64,000 nt of DNA. It comes from Spirochaetota bacterium (GTDB lineage: Bacteria; Spirochaetota; UBA12135; COTS27; CBDBHE01). The translations under genes were made by a program, and so were the position numbers. Below the pieces are notes generated by a model. That model saw nothing but the letters and a program-made list of their open reading frames with translations, did no database searches and was not told the DNA's origin. The stretch spans positions 1 through 64,000 of the forward strand of contig CBDBHE010000006.1 in the NCBI GenBank assembly GCA_965205605.1. The letters run 5' to 3'. Of this stretch, positions 35,733-46,400 are shown in pieces; the first letter of the stretch is position 1, and every line of letters begins with the position of its first letter.

Positions 35733-37721
35733 ATGTTTTCTTCTAAAGTTTTATCTAGTGTTTTGGGGGGATGTTTTTTCTTCTTTTTGCTATTTGGTTT
35801 GGGAGATGGTTTTAATAAGAAGTATTCACAAATGATCATGTGGTATAAAAGTAAAGATAAAAATGATAATTCTAAAAATTGGGCTTGTCATAATTATGCA
35901 CATAATCTCATGATGACAGCAGAACCAAATGCTATTTTTATGACAGAAGGAGGTGATAATCAAGTTTTTTCACTTCTATACTTTTCTTATGTTGAGAAAA
36001 AAAGACCAGATATTGATTTTTATGATCAAAAAGGAAATGTTTTTCCAAGACTTTATGGAGATTTGATGAATGTGTTTTTTTATGATTTAGAAATCATTCG
36101 AGCGCTTAGAGATTTTCAACTTTATTCAACAGCACGACCTGTTTATCTAACTTGGAAAAGAGATGGCATTGAAAAAATTAGCTCGATAGGATTGCAAAAA
36201 ATTTATGAAAATACAGCTAAAAAAGCACAGCTTAATCGATCTTTTGTAGGAAAAAAATATGATTTAACAACCCTTGATAAAATTGAACAAGAAGTCGACA
36301 CCATGGTCCCTAAAGCAACTTTTGATATGAGATTTAAAAATGGAGACCTTATTAGTCAATTTGATATGAAAGAAAAAGGCCCTTGGTTTTTTAAAAATTA
36401 TGGACTCCTTTATAAGCTAGTGCCTCTTCGTTATAGTATTTTAGAAGCTTTGAAAAATAAAAAACAAGCTTCTTATTTTCAAATTGTTACTTACATTAAT
36501 CAGGTCTTTGATTTCCCCATTACTGTTTTAGAGTTAACAAAACAAGTTAAATTATTAGAGGCAGAAGGTTATATTAGTGAAAATGGAAGTCAAGTTTTTC
36601 TTCTTAAAAGTAGAAAAGATCCTTTTAATGAAAATTACTGGCAATTGTATAAAAAAGATTTTACTAATGTGGCAAATGCAAATCAATGGGATTATTTAAC
36701 TCGAGAAATTTTTTATAATTATTTTATTAATGAAGCAAGTGATTTACTTGAAAAGAAAAAAATTTTAGCTTTAGAAAAATCTACCTTACTTGGTGACTTG
36801 GTACTTACTTTGGACAAGCAAATAGAAACCCTTTATCAATCAGCTTGTCATTATGCTCATAACGTAAAATCTGCTTTTTACTTTTATGCTCGTTTTGCTT
36901 TAGATCAAGGTAATCTTAAAAAATCAACTTCTCTTTTTTCTAATTGCGCTAATGTGGATTATAATTTTTATGATCCGTATTTAACCATTTCAAAGTTATA
37001 TTTACAAAAGTCTTTATCAAGCCCTTTAGAAGACGAACAAAAATATTTATTGATTGCCCAAGAAAATGTTCAAGAAGCTAAGAAAATTTACCAAACAAAA
37101 GCCAAGGTACAAGGAACCCTTAAAAATATTGAAGAAGAAAAAAAGTATCAAGCCATCAAAGCCTTAGACCAACAAATCTCTAACTTTATACAGATCCCTA
37201 GAAAATCTCTTAATCAATTGATTAAAAATGCAAAACAAGGAGAGATAAAAGATCTAGAAACTCTTTTTATTGCTTATCAAAAACGAGCTGATTTTTTTCA
37301 AGCCAATAAAACTATTAATCAAATTTTACAAAAAAAACCTTTTAATATTCATTATACTTTAATGGCATATAACTTTTTTATCCAATATGATACTTTAAGA
37401 GGGATTGCTTTTTTAGAAAAAGTGGTCGCCAATTATGACTTTTACAAAGGAAAAAAACCTTCTATTTTTGATTTTCAAGAACGTTGTGCTTCAGACTATC
37501 TAAAACAAGCTGAAAGTAGTCTCAATAATCAAAATTATAAACAAGCTCTTTATTTTTATCGTCGCTCTCTTTATTATATGAACCTTTTTAAACAATTCAC
37601 TTTTGATCAGAAAACTAACCCATCACTTAGAAAACGAATTATTACTATAGAACGAACCGAACGTTTAGTTGAAGATCGGATTAAAAAAATAGAATCATTA
37701 TTATCAGAAAAAAAATTATAA
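35733..37721 (+). CDS. DUF2723/TMEM260-like C-terminal periplasmic part with TPR-like helices
   Basis: YAHNLMMTAEPNAIFMTEGGDNQVFSLLY...VEKKRPDI, a block normally found in the C-terminal half of DUF2723 proteins; one N-terminal TM. Confidence 0.75.
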   Translation: MFSSKVLSSVLGGCFFFFLLFGLGDGFNKKYSQMIMWYKSKDKNDNSKNWACHNYAHNLMMTAEPNAIFMTEGGDNQVFSLLYFSYVEKKRPDIDFYDQKGNVFPRLYGDLMNVFFYDLEIIRALRDFQLYSTARPVYLTWKRDGIEKISSIGLQKIYENTAKKAQLNRSFVGKKYDLTTLDKIEQEVDTMVPKATFDMRFKNGDLISQFDMKEKGPWFFKNYGLLYKLVPLRYSILEALKNKKQASYFQIVTYINQVFDFPITVLELTKQVKLLEAEGYISENGSQVFLLKSRKDPFNENYWQLYKKDFTNVANANQWDYLTREIFYNYFINEASDLLEKKKILALEKSTLLGDLVLTLDKQIETLYQSACHYAHNVKSAFYFYARFALDQGNLKKSTSLFSNCANVDYNFYDPYLTISKLYLQKSLSSPLEDEQKYLLIAQENVQEAKKIYQTKAKVQGTLKNIEEEKKYQAIKALDQQISNFIQIPRKSLNQLIKNAKQGEIKDLETLFIAYQKRADFFQANKTINQILQKKPFNIHYTLMAYNFFIQYDTLRGIAFLEKVVANYDFYKGKKPSIFDFQERCASDYLKQAESSLNNQNYKQALYFYRRSLYYMNLFKQFTFDQKTNPSLRKRIITIERTERLVEDRIKKIESLLSEKKL

Positions 37722-39587
37722 ATGAGCCTTTTATTTAAAGTTTTTTTTTATAGTTATCTTTTTTTAAGTATTTTTTTATTCGCTCAAGATAAAGGTTATT
37801 TAGAACTCAAACGTCTTTTTGAAAAAAGTCTTTATAATGAAGCTTATGATCGAGCTAATTATTATTTTGATGAACAAAAAAATGATTTTAGATTTCGAAA
37901 ACTTTATTTTGAAATTTTGCTAAAAAAAAAGCTATTTGACAAAGCTTTAGTAGAATTAGAATGGTTAGAAAAAATTGAAAAAACAACAGATACTTTTTAT
38001 TTAAGAGCTCTTTATTACTTTAATATTGGAGATCTAGTAAAGTCAGAAACTTTTTGTAAAAAAGTTCTTTTTTATAATAAGAGAAATATTCAAGCGATGT
38101 TGCTTTTAATTAAGATCAATAAAGAAAAAAAATACGACACCGTTGTTGAAAACCTTTTAGAAACTATTGAAACCATTGATCCAGAAAATGAAGAATTTCT
38201 TTTTGAAAAAGGGATTATTAGCCTTGATAAGGATTTAAAAAATTTTAAGTTAACGCTTAAAAAAATGCAGCAACATTACCCTGAATCTCACAAGTATTTT
38301 TATATGGAAGCTCGTTTTTCTCAAAAAGAAAAAGATTTTGAAAAAGCACTTTCTTGGATTAATAAAGCTATTTATTATCAGGCCAATAATCACCAATATA
38401 TTAATCTTAAATCTGAGGTGCTTTTTAAATTAAAAAAGTATGAATTCTTAATTAATTTCATTTTATCTAATAAGGATAAAGAGCCTTATGATTACTATCG
38501 GTTGGCGTTTCTTTATTATATGAAGACAAGAAAAAATCTTTGGAAAGTTGATAATTTGGATTATTTAGAAGTCAATATTTTGTCTATCATTAATCAGTGC
38601 CTTAATTTAAACGCTACTTTAGAAATTCCTAGGCGATTTGGAGAAATTATGGCTATTTCAAATACTTCTTTTAGATCTGAGGTTAGAAAAATTTTTACTC
38701 CTTACCATTATGAAAGAGCTAAATTTTTTCATAGTAAAGGATATTATGCGATGGCAAGATTTGAATATATTAAACTAATTCACCTCTTGCCACAAGAAGT
38801 AAAATATCGAAAAGAATACGCCTTGCTTTTAAAGGATCAAGGGCTGTATGCTTCTTATTTAAATCAGCTTGAGGTTGTTAAATTTTTGGAGAAGAAAGAA
38901 GATTACAAATTGGATACAAAAATTGGGCTACTTAAACGTAAGTTGAAAAATTCCCTTCATGTTAAAGAAAGCATTAAAAATGAAACTAGAAAAAAATTTA
39001 AAACAAGAATTTTATTTATTGCTCCAGATGAAGATATTTCTTTAGAAAATCCTCTTTATTTAGCTATTTATCATAATTTATTACTAGATACTTTTAAATT
39101 AGTTATTAAGTTTGATGTGGCATCGTGTTATTTTAAAGATTTTGAAAAAGAAATTTTGGAAAAAAGATATGATTTTTATGTTCGTTATTCTTTTCAGTTT
39201 AAAGAAGATAGAGTGGGAGTTGATTTTAATATTTTTGATGTTAATACTAGAAAAAAACTTTATCAGCATCAAATTTTTTCTTCTGGAAATGATAAGCTTT
39301 TTCAACTTAATTTTTCAGCTAAAAAATACTTTGATTCGATTATTTCTTTAAGGGGCAATGTTTTAAAAACAAAAGCAAATGGAGAGATTATTATTTCTTT
39401 AGGAATTTTAGATGGGCTTAAAAAAGATCAAGAAGTTTTGATTAAAAAAAACGATAGGACTTTTGTTGCTAAAGCGAAAGTAGTAATTCTTGATGAAAAT
39501 ATTGCAATGCTTGAATTGCTCGACAAAAGTAAAATTAATTTTATTAGAACTGGCTTTGTTATTGAAGAAAGTAAGAAAAAAAAATAA
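37722..39587 (+). CDS. Exported TPR protein with FlgT-C-like C-terminal domain
   Basis: Signal peptide, multiple TPR-like helices, C-terminal GNVLKTKANGEIIISLGILDGLKKDQ. Confidence 0.7.
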   Translation: MSLLFKVFFYSYLFLSIFLFAQDKGYLELKRLFEKSLYNEAYDRANYYFDEQKNDFRFRKLYFEILLKKKLFDKALVELEWLEKIEKTTDTFYLRALYYFNIGDLVKSETFCKKVLFYNKRNIQAMLLLIKINKEKKYDTVVENLLETIETIDPENEEFLFEKGIISLDKDLKNFKLTLKKMQQHYPESHKYFYMEARFSQKEKDFEKALSWINKAIYYQANNHQYINLKSEVLFKLKKYEFLINFILSNKDKEPYDYYRLAFLYYMKTRKNLWKVDNLDYLEVNILSIINQCLNLNATLEIPRRFGEIMAISNTSFRSEVRKIFTPYHYERAKFFHSKGYYAMARFEYIKLIHLLPQEVKYRKEYALLLKDQGLYASYLNQLEVVKFLEKKEDYKLDTKIGLLKRKLKNSLHVKESIKNETRKKFKTRILFIAPDEDISLENPLYLAIYHNLLLDTFKLVIKFDVASCYFKDFEKEILEKRYDFYVRYSFQFKEDRVGVDFNIFDVNTRKKLYQHQIFSSGNDKLFQLNFSAKKYFDSIISLRGNVLKTKANGEIIISLGILDGLKKDQEVLIKKNDRTFVAKAKVVILDENIAMLELLDKSKINFIRTGFVIEESKKKK

Positions 39588-40461
39588 CTTTTTTTTAAAA
39601 ATATTTTTTATTTCTTTTTTATTTCTTTTTTATTCTTTTGTTTATGGAAAACAAACCAATTACTATGGAATTGTTGTTTTAAAAAAAAGTAAACTTGAAG
39701 GAAAGGTTTTTGCTTTTAATCAACAAACATTACAGACTATTTTACTTAAAGAAAATGAAAATGTTTTGCCTTTTGGATCTTATGAAATCACGTCTTCTTT
39801 AAAAAGCTATCAAGATTTTAAAACTAATTTGATTCTTTCTAAAGATGACTTTAGAATTACCGTTTCTATTGATTATCGTTTAAATCCGTTTACTCTTAAT
39901 TTTAAAGGACTTGTAAGAAAGAGCGAGTTTTATTTTAATAAAAAGTATGTCACTACTTTTAAATCTCCCCAAGTAACACTTTCTAATATAGAAGGAGGAA
40001 AGCATCGTATTTTTTTAAAAAAGGGAGATTTATTTTATTATAAAACAATTGATTCCAAAGGGGCATCTACTATTACCATCAAAGATCCTGTGATGAATCA
40101 ATTACAATATAAGGCCTTACTGGCGTCATTAATGGGAATGATTCCTGGTTGTAATTTGTTTTTGCATTTGCCTCAGTCTTCACTTGAATATTTAATTCCG
40201 ACTTCTTTACTTTTTTATACAGGAGTTTTTTTAAAACTGAGTTTAAATCATATGAATGTTTTATTGCTTTCTCCTTATAATGATTCGATTAGAGATGATG
40301 CTTTTAATTGGATGATTATTTTATCTTCTATTTTTCATGTTCTTTTTGTTTATAATGGGACAGTGCAAGACTATAAAATGATTAAAAAAGATTACTTGCC
40401 TGTAAATGAACAAGGATTGATTTTATCTATAAAAGGGTTGTATTATAGTTATTATTTTTAG
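39562..40461 (+). CDS. Hypothetical exported/membrane protein with PEGA-like beta domains
   Basis: LPFGSYEITSSLKSYQDF and NIEGGKHRIFLKK resemble PEGA repeats; C-terminal hydrophobic helices; start uncertain (TTG 39562 or 39490). Confidence 0.5.
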   Translation: MKKVRKKNNFFLKIFFISFLFLFYSFVYGKQTNYYGIVVLKKSKLEGKVFAFNQQTLQTILLKENENVLPFGSYEITSSLKSYQDFKTNLILSKDDFRITVSIDYRLNPFTLNFKGLVRKSEFYFNKKYVTTFKSPQVTLSNIEGGKHRIFLKKGDLFYYKTIDSKGASTITIKDPVMNQLQYKALLASLMGMIPGCNLFLHLPQSSLEYLIPTSLLFYTGVFLKLSLNHMNVLLLSPYNDSIRDDAFNWMIILSSIFHVLFVYNGTVQDYKMIKKDYLPVNEQGLILSIKGLYYSYYF

Positions 40462-43400
40462 AAAAGAATTTTTCCTTTAATGGAAAAATCAAAACCCATT
40501 TGAATATAATCATCTTCTCTTAAATAATTTTCTTGCCAGTTAGCATTGTTATTATAAGGGATTTTTAAATAAGCTTGAAAAGAATTAGCAACAAACTCAG
40601 AAATAACAGCAAGAACAAAAGAAGTTTCAAAAGAAAAGTTTTCAGTTACTTTATAAATATTTAAAAAAGTTGCTTTTGTTAGCCAATTTCTTACGATTTT
40701 ACTATTATTGGGATTTGTGAATAAAGAAAGATTTTTTCTACCGATGGCATTAGGTTGATCGTTAGGAGAGACTTTGCCGTCTTCTAAAAGCGTTGAACGA
40801 TTGACAAAGGGAAGGTCATAATCATAAAAAGTAAAATCAAAGCTAAGTCTTTTGGAAGAATTAGGAGGTAGGGAAAATAGATTAAAAAATTTTGTAGGAT
40901 TTTTGTTTTCCCAAGAAAAAGCAAGTCTAAAAGAATGCGTTCTTTTAATAAGGTCGGTGGGATCTTTTCCAAAATCATTGATATCTGAAAAAAAATAAAT
41001 ATTTTCTAATTCTCCTAAATTAAGTGTTTCTTCTGTCTTTAGGGTTGAGTCAGTAGATTTAATTTCATGATAGGGACCTATTCCCAGATAAGGCAAATAA
41101 TGAGTTTTGCCTTGTGTGTCATTATATCGATAACGAAGAGCATAATAAGTTTCTGTTTGATCAAAAATATAAGCACTTTGAATATTGACATGTTTGATTA
41201 ATTGATAATTATTATTAAGAGTAAATTTATATTTTTTGATCAAACTTTTTTCGTTAAAATCTTTGTTTTCATTAAACTCTAATGCGGCACTAAAATTAAT
41301 CGATCGTTCAAAATCTTTTGCTTTAGGGATCCATTTTCTACTGATATAATGACTAAGAGATTGAAAACGTTTTTCTAATTTTAAAGAACGATTTTGTTTT
41401 TGATAAATAATCCAATTTGTTTTTCTTGTTTCTAAGCTTCCAGAATATAAAAACTGACTTGGTAAGTAATCTTTTAAAATAGGGATTCTTGATAAATTCA
41501 TTTCCATACGAAATGATTCATTATGGCTGACTGTAGAACTAAACTCAGAATGAGACGTAAATTGAGAAATATGTTCAGTGCCACTAAAAGAAGGTTTTTT
41601 ACTTCTATAATTAATACTGCTATCAATCTCTTTAGAAGCCCAAAAACGATGTGCGTTTAAAAAAGAAAGTCGATTTCTTTCATCATTTTTTAATTTTCCT
41701 ATAAAGGGACTGATCACTGCATAAGCTAAATCGTTTAAAAACCAAAAATCAAAATAAGGAAAATAAAGAGCGGTGCTTCTTATTTTTTCAAAATAAGCTA
41801 ATTGTTGTTCTTCTCCTTTAAGGCCAATGCTTAAATCTGAAAAATTATCTTCAATTCCTTTCCAAAGTTTTTTTTCACTTGAAGAGAGATCATTTTCTTT
41901 TAAATCTAAAACATTATTTTCTAAAAGAGAAAGCCTTCTAGAAAAATTAAGTCGAAGCGATTTGAATAAATGATTTTTGAAAATAATAGGTAATGTAAGA
42001 TTTAGATTTAGTGTATTTTGAATGTTTTTATATTTTTGTTCGTCTTGATAAAAATCAACTAATTGATCACTATAATCGATGAGTAGTTTTTTTTCTTTAG
42101 AAGAATAATTATTTTGATTGGTTTGATAGAGTATAAACTCACTACTTAAGAAATCAGTTGTTGTTTTTCTAAAATTGTTTTCTGCATACGAATAAGAAAT
42201 AGATGCATTAAAACTAGATAAAAGAGGAGTATTAAAAATATAAACAGGGTTTAGATAAGAAAAAGTAATAGAATAATTTCTTTTTTTTGAAAGATATTTT
42301 GATTGATCTTCTATAAAAGGGTTACTAAAAATACTCGAAAACTCAGACCAATAAAATTCGTACCATTGGAGTTCGATGGATTCTTTTTCATAAAGGGAGG
42401 CGATTTTTTCTAAATCAAGTTTAGAAATATTAGTACTTAAAAGATTGTGTTGATCTTCTATTGTATAACGGAAATCAAGTCTAAATTTTTCAATGCCAAG
42501 AGTCGTTGAAATGGATTGTCTTTGGTAGAAGCTATATTCTAATTCTTCTAGGAGATTTCTTTTTTCATCAATTGAATCTGAAATATTTGGAAATTTTTCT
42601 AAAATAGGAAATCGTTTTTTATTTGAATTTTCGTCTAGGAGTTCTACAGGGTGGAAGAAAGGGTCTTGAGTGTTATAAAAAACAACTTCGTTAATATCAA
42701 CATTTTTTTTTAAAAGAGCTATTTTATTAAAAGTAGTGGCTATTTTGTATTCTTGATCAATGAATAAATCGGGAGTAAAATTAAATTTTTTTGATTCCCC
42801 TAAACTATAAGTTTTAACACTAATTTCATTTAAGTCTAAAGAATATTCTCGATTAATAACATTAGAGCTTAACGTCACAAAGCCAAGGTTTCGAGTTTTA
42901 TTATAACTGGCGGTATGTTGGATGGTGGGTATTATTAGATTATCTTTTAGATCAAGTTGAAAACTAAATCCAGTTAAATCTCTGTGAGTTAACGTTTGAT
43001 TTTCTTTAGGGAGAAAAGATTCTCTATATTCAGAGACATCGTAATCTTTTGATTTATTAAAAGAAAATCTAAGTCTATCTAGAATTTTTGTCTGAAGATT
43101 GAAAGAAGATAGTTCTTGTTGATTTCTGTTGGCTTGTTGATCAAGCGTACTAAAGCCAAGACCTTCGTGGCGATATTTAAAACTTGATTGGGTTTCACTA
43201 ATGATATTACGCTGTCGATATTGTAAAGGTTCATTTTGTTTGTAAGTAAGACCAAAGCGATAGGCATGACCGAAAAAAATTTCACTGTTATCCACATGAA
43301 ATTCATTTAACCAAAAACGTCCTGTTGCATTTTGCCCTTTAGAATCCACCCCTATTAAAAAATAACTTACTTCATAAAGGCTCGGGTTTCCTATTTTTCG

Positions 43401-46400
43401 AATTGTATAATCATCAAAATCTACATTTTCTAACTTTCCTTCATCTCGATTTCCTTCGTTTTTCACCTCTAAAGAGCTTTTCGAAAGCAGAAAATAATGG
43501 TCGTCTCTATAAGCAACTCTATTCATGAATTGTTGTTCTTGGTAGTCTTTTCCTCTTAGTTTTATATTTAGTTCGTGCCATTTATTTTGATTATTTCCAT
43601 TACTTTCTCCGATATTTTTAAAAGGAATTCGGAGTTCAAAATAGTTGTTTGGATTATCTCCAAATTGGTAAACAAGTTCTTCATTTCCAGAAGAGTAATC
43701 CACAGGATAAAAATATAATTTAAAATCTTTATAATAAGATAAATTAAGAGTTCTCTCTCCCTTTGCTTCATAGCGTTCTACCCAGGCAAAGCGTCCATCT
43801 ATACTATTGCTAATATTTTTATTTTCAACTCCATTTAAGTTATATTCGATATTTTGAGCTTGTTCAGTGAGGGTTTCAAATTCACGACTTAGCAAATTCC
43901 CATGCAGTCTTTCATAAGCCCTACGATATGCTTTTGAGAGGTGGTTTTTGTTGTAAAAATCATCTTGTTTAGTATTAATAGTTGAAAACAAAAACTGTCT
44001 TGGTGTAATCACTTCATTATTATCGACTTTAGCCTGCTGCCAAGTCGTGCCTTTAAAGCGAATGCTATCAATCACCACACGTCCTTTATTAAAAGCAGAG
44101 TTTGTAATTTCTAAAAAATTAAGTCGTAAATGCGTGACTTTAGTAAGACTATTATTAGTAACAAGATTCCTAAGAGGAACGGTGATTTTGATATATCGCT
44201 CTTTTTGAAACACGTCTGTTGAAGAACTATTGTTGTCTAAAATTTCATAAAAAGCTCTATTGGTATTAAAAGTATTTAAATTAAGCCCTTGGTCACTAAT
44301 GTACTCAGAATTAAACAGAAGAAAGTAATTTGTTGGGTTTTGACCTAATTCTGAACTAGGATAATTTATAATTTGTTCTTGAGAACTTGTTAAAGTGTCA
44401 AGTTGACCGTTTTGGTTTAAATCTTCTGTATCTTTTCGACCATTTCCTTCTGCAATATCATTTGGACTATTCCATCCTTTGTCACCGGCTCCTAATTTTG
44501 TTTCAATAGTATTAAAAATAGGAGATTTATTATAATTAAAAGTAAAACCATCAGCATCACTAATAAAATTTTCTTCATCCAGCTGACCATCTAAGTCAAA
44601 GTCTTCATTCAAATTGCCAATATCAATTGAAAACCCAAGTACTTTTGGATTATCTTCTAAATTCCCACTATTATCTGTTGTAGGAAGAAGTTTATAAATG
44701 ATTTCGATGGTGTTATAGCGTTTAAAATCACTAGATCTACCTACAAATTGAGCTCTGGTAATAAAAGAAACATAGCCATTAGAAGGACTTGTCGTTGCAT
44801 GAGAGGCTTCGAAATCATAATCAAAAACTAAAGAACTTTGATAGGGATAAAGTGTTCTACTTAAATGCCCTTCACTAACAACTTGATAAGGACCAGGCCT
44901 CACATTAAAAGGTCTAAAGTTGACATCTTGACGATAAATAAGGCCATTGGCATTATTGGCTCGCATAGCTTGTTCATTGTTTAAAGTAAACTCAATAGGC
45001 ACTTTATTGTCTGGATTTAAAAAAGAATATTCTGAAAAATCAATGTAATAACTTTTTCCAAGAGAACGATTTGCTAATGTTTCTAGCTGTGGGTTGGCTG
45101 TTAAATAATAACTATGATGATTCCCTGGAAAAGAAAAAGTTAAATCATCGCCTTCAACTGTATTAATGATTGCTTTTCCATTATTATTTGGGTTGTAAAT
45201 AGAAAAAGCATATTCACCATCTAAAATCAGAGAAGATTTATTAAGACGACGGCGTTGAAACATGCTAATTAAATCAATAGAAGTATCAATGTCACCTACT
45301 AACTGACTGGTTGATTCAAAACCTATTTGAGGAGCATTTAAACTGGCTTGGCCTAAAGAACCCGCTAAAGTCATACCGATATAATTTTCTTCTCCTCTAA
45401 ATTTCCAATCCATTCTTGCTGCTGCGATGGCTTTTTGAAGAGATGAACCAAAAGGTCGATATTCATAATAAACTTTTAATTTATTTCCTCTATACAATTC
45501 TTCTCCTTTATTAAAAAAAATTCTTCCAAAACTAGTAACGGTATATTTTTTTTTTTCTAATAGCTGATTATCTTTATAAATAATTACAGATTCAGGAATA
45601 ATATTAAAGCGTTCTAAATCAATATAATTTTTGTATTGTGTTTTATAGTTTAATTCAAGGTTAATGCGATTGTTATTTTCTGCATTTGGTTCTTTTACAG
45701 AATACATATTGGCATAATAGGCACTTTGTCTTGTAAAAACGGCTTGATCTTCAAAATAAAAATAACCTTTATTAAGGCTTATTTTACTATCACCATAAAT
45801 ATCAAAAGTATGATTAAAGGTCCCTCTCCACTCACTAGGATCAATTTTGATATTATTGTTATCTGTAATGAGTATCTTTAAACTTTCTATTTCAATGGAT
45901 TTTTCAATACGGTACCGATTTCTAAGTTCATAATAATTAGTAATATCTCTATCACCTAATTGTTCATCGGAGACAAAAATAATCACAAAGTTTGTTAAAG
46001 TATCACTTAAGTTTTGTCTATGATGAATTGTATAACTAGGGCCAAAAAAGTAACTAGCGTTTGTCCCTGTTGTCGAACGATAAGCTCCATTTGTTTGTTG
46101 AAAATTATAAAATAAAAGCGTGTGACCTTCTGGTTTACTTTTTTTGTGTTCAAAAACCCCCATATCATTTTCAATTTCATAACTTGCTTCACTGAGCTTT
46201 TTAAAATAACGACTGCCATTAATAATACCATCTCCATTGATATTACTAATGACTAAAAAAGCTTGAGAATAATTATCAGAATCTGTAATTTCTTCGTAAT
46301 AGTGAGCTTCATTAATATTACGATCAGGTAATTGAAAATATCTATTTTTAATATAATCAATGTCTCTTATGGTTTTTTGTTCTTTGCTTTCGATTGTAAA

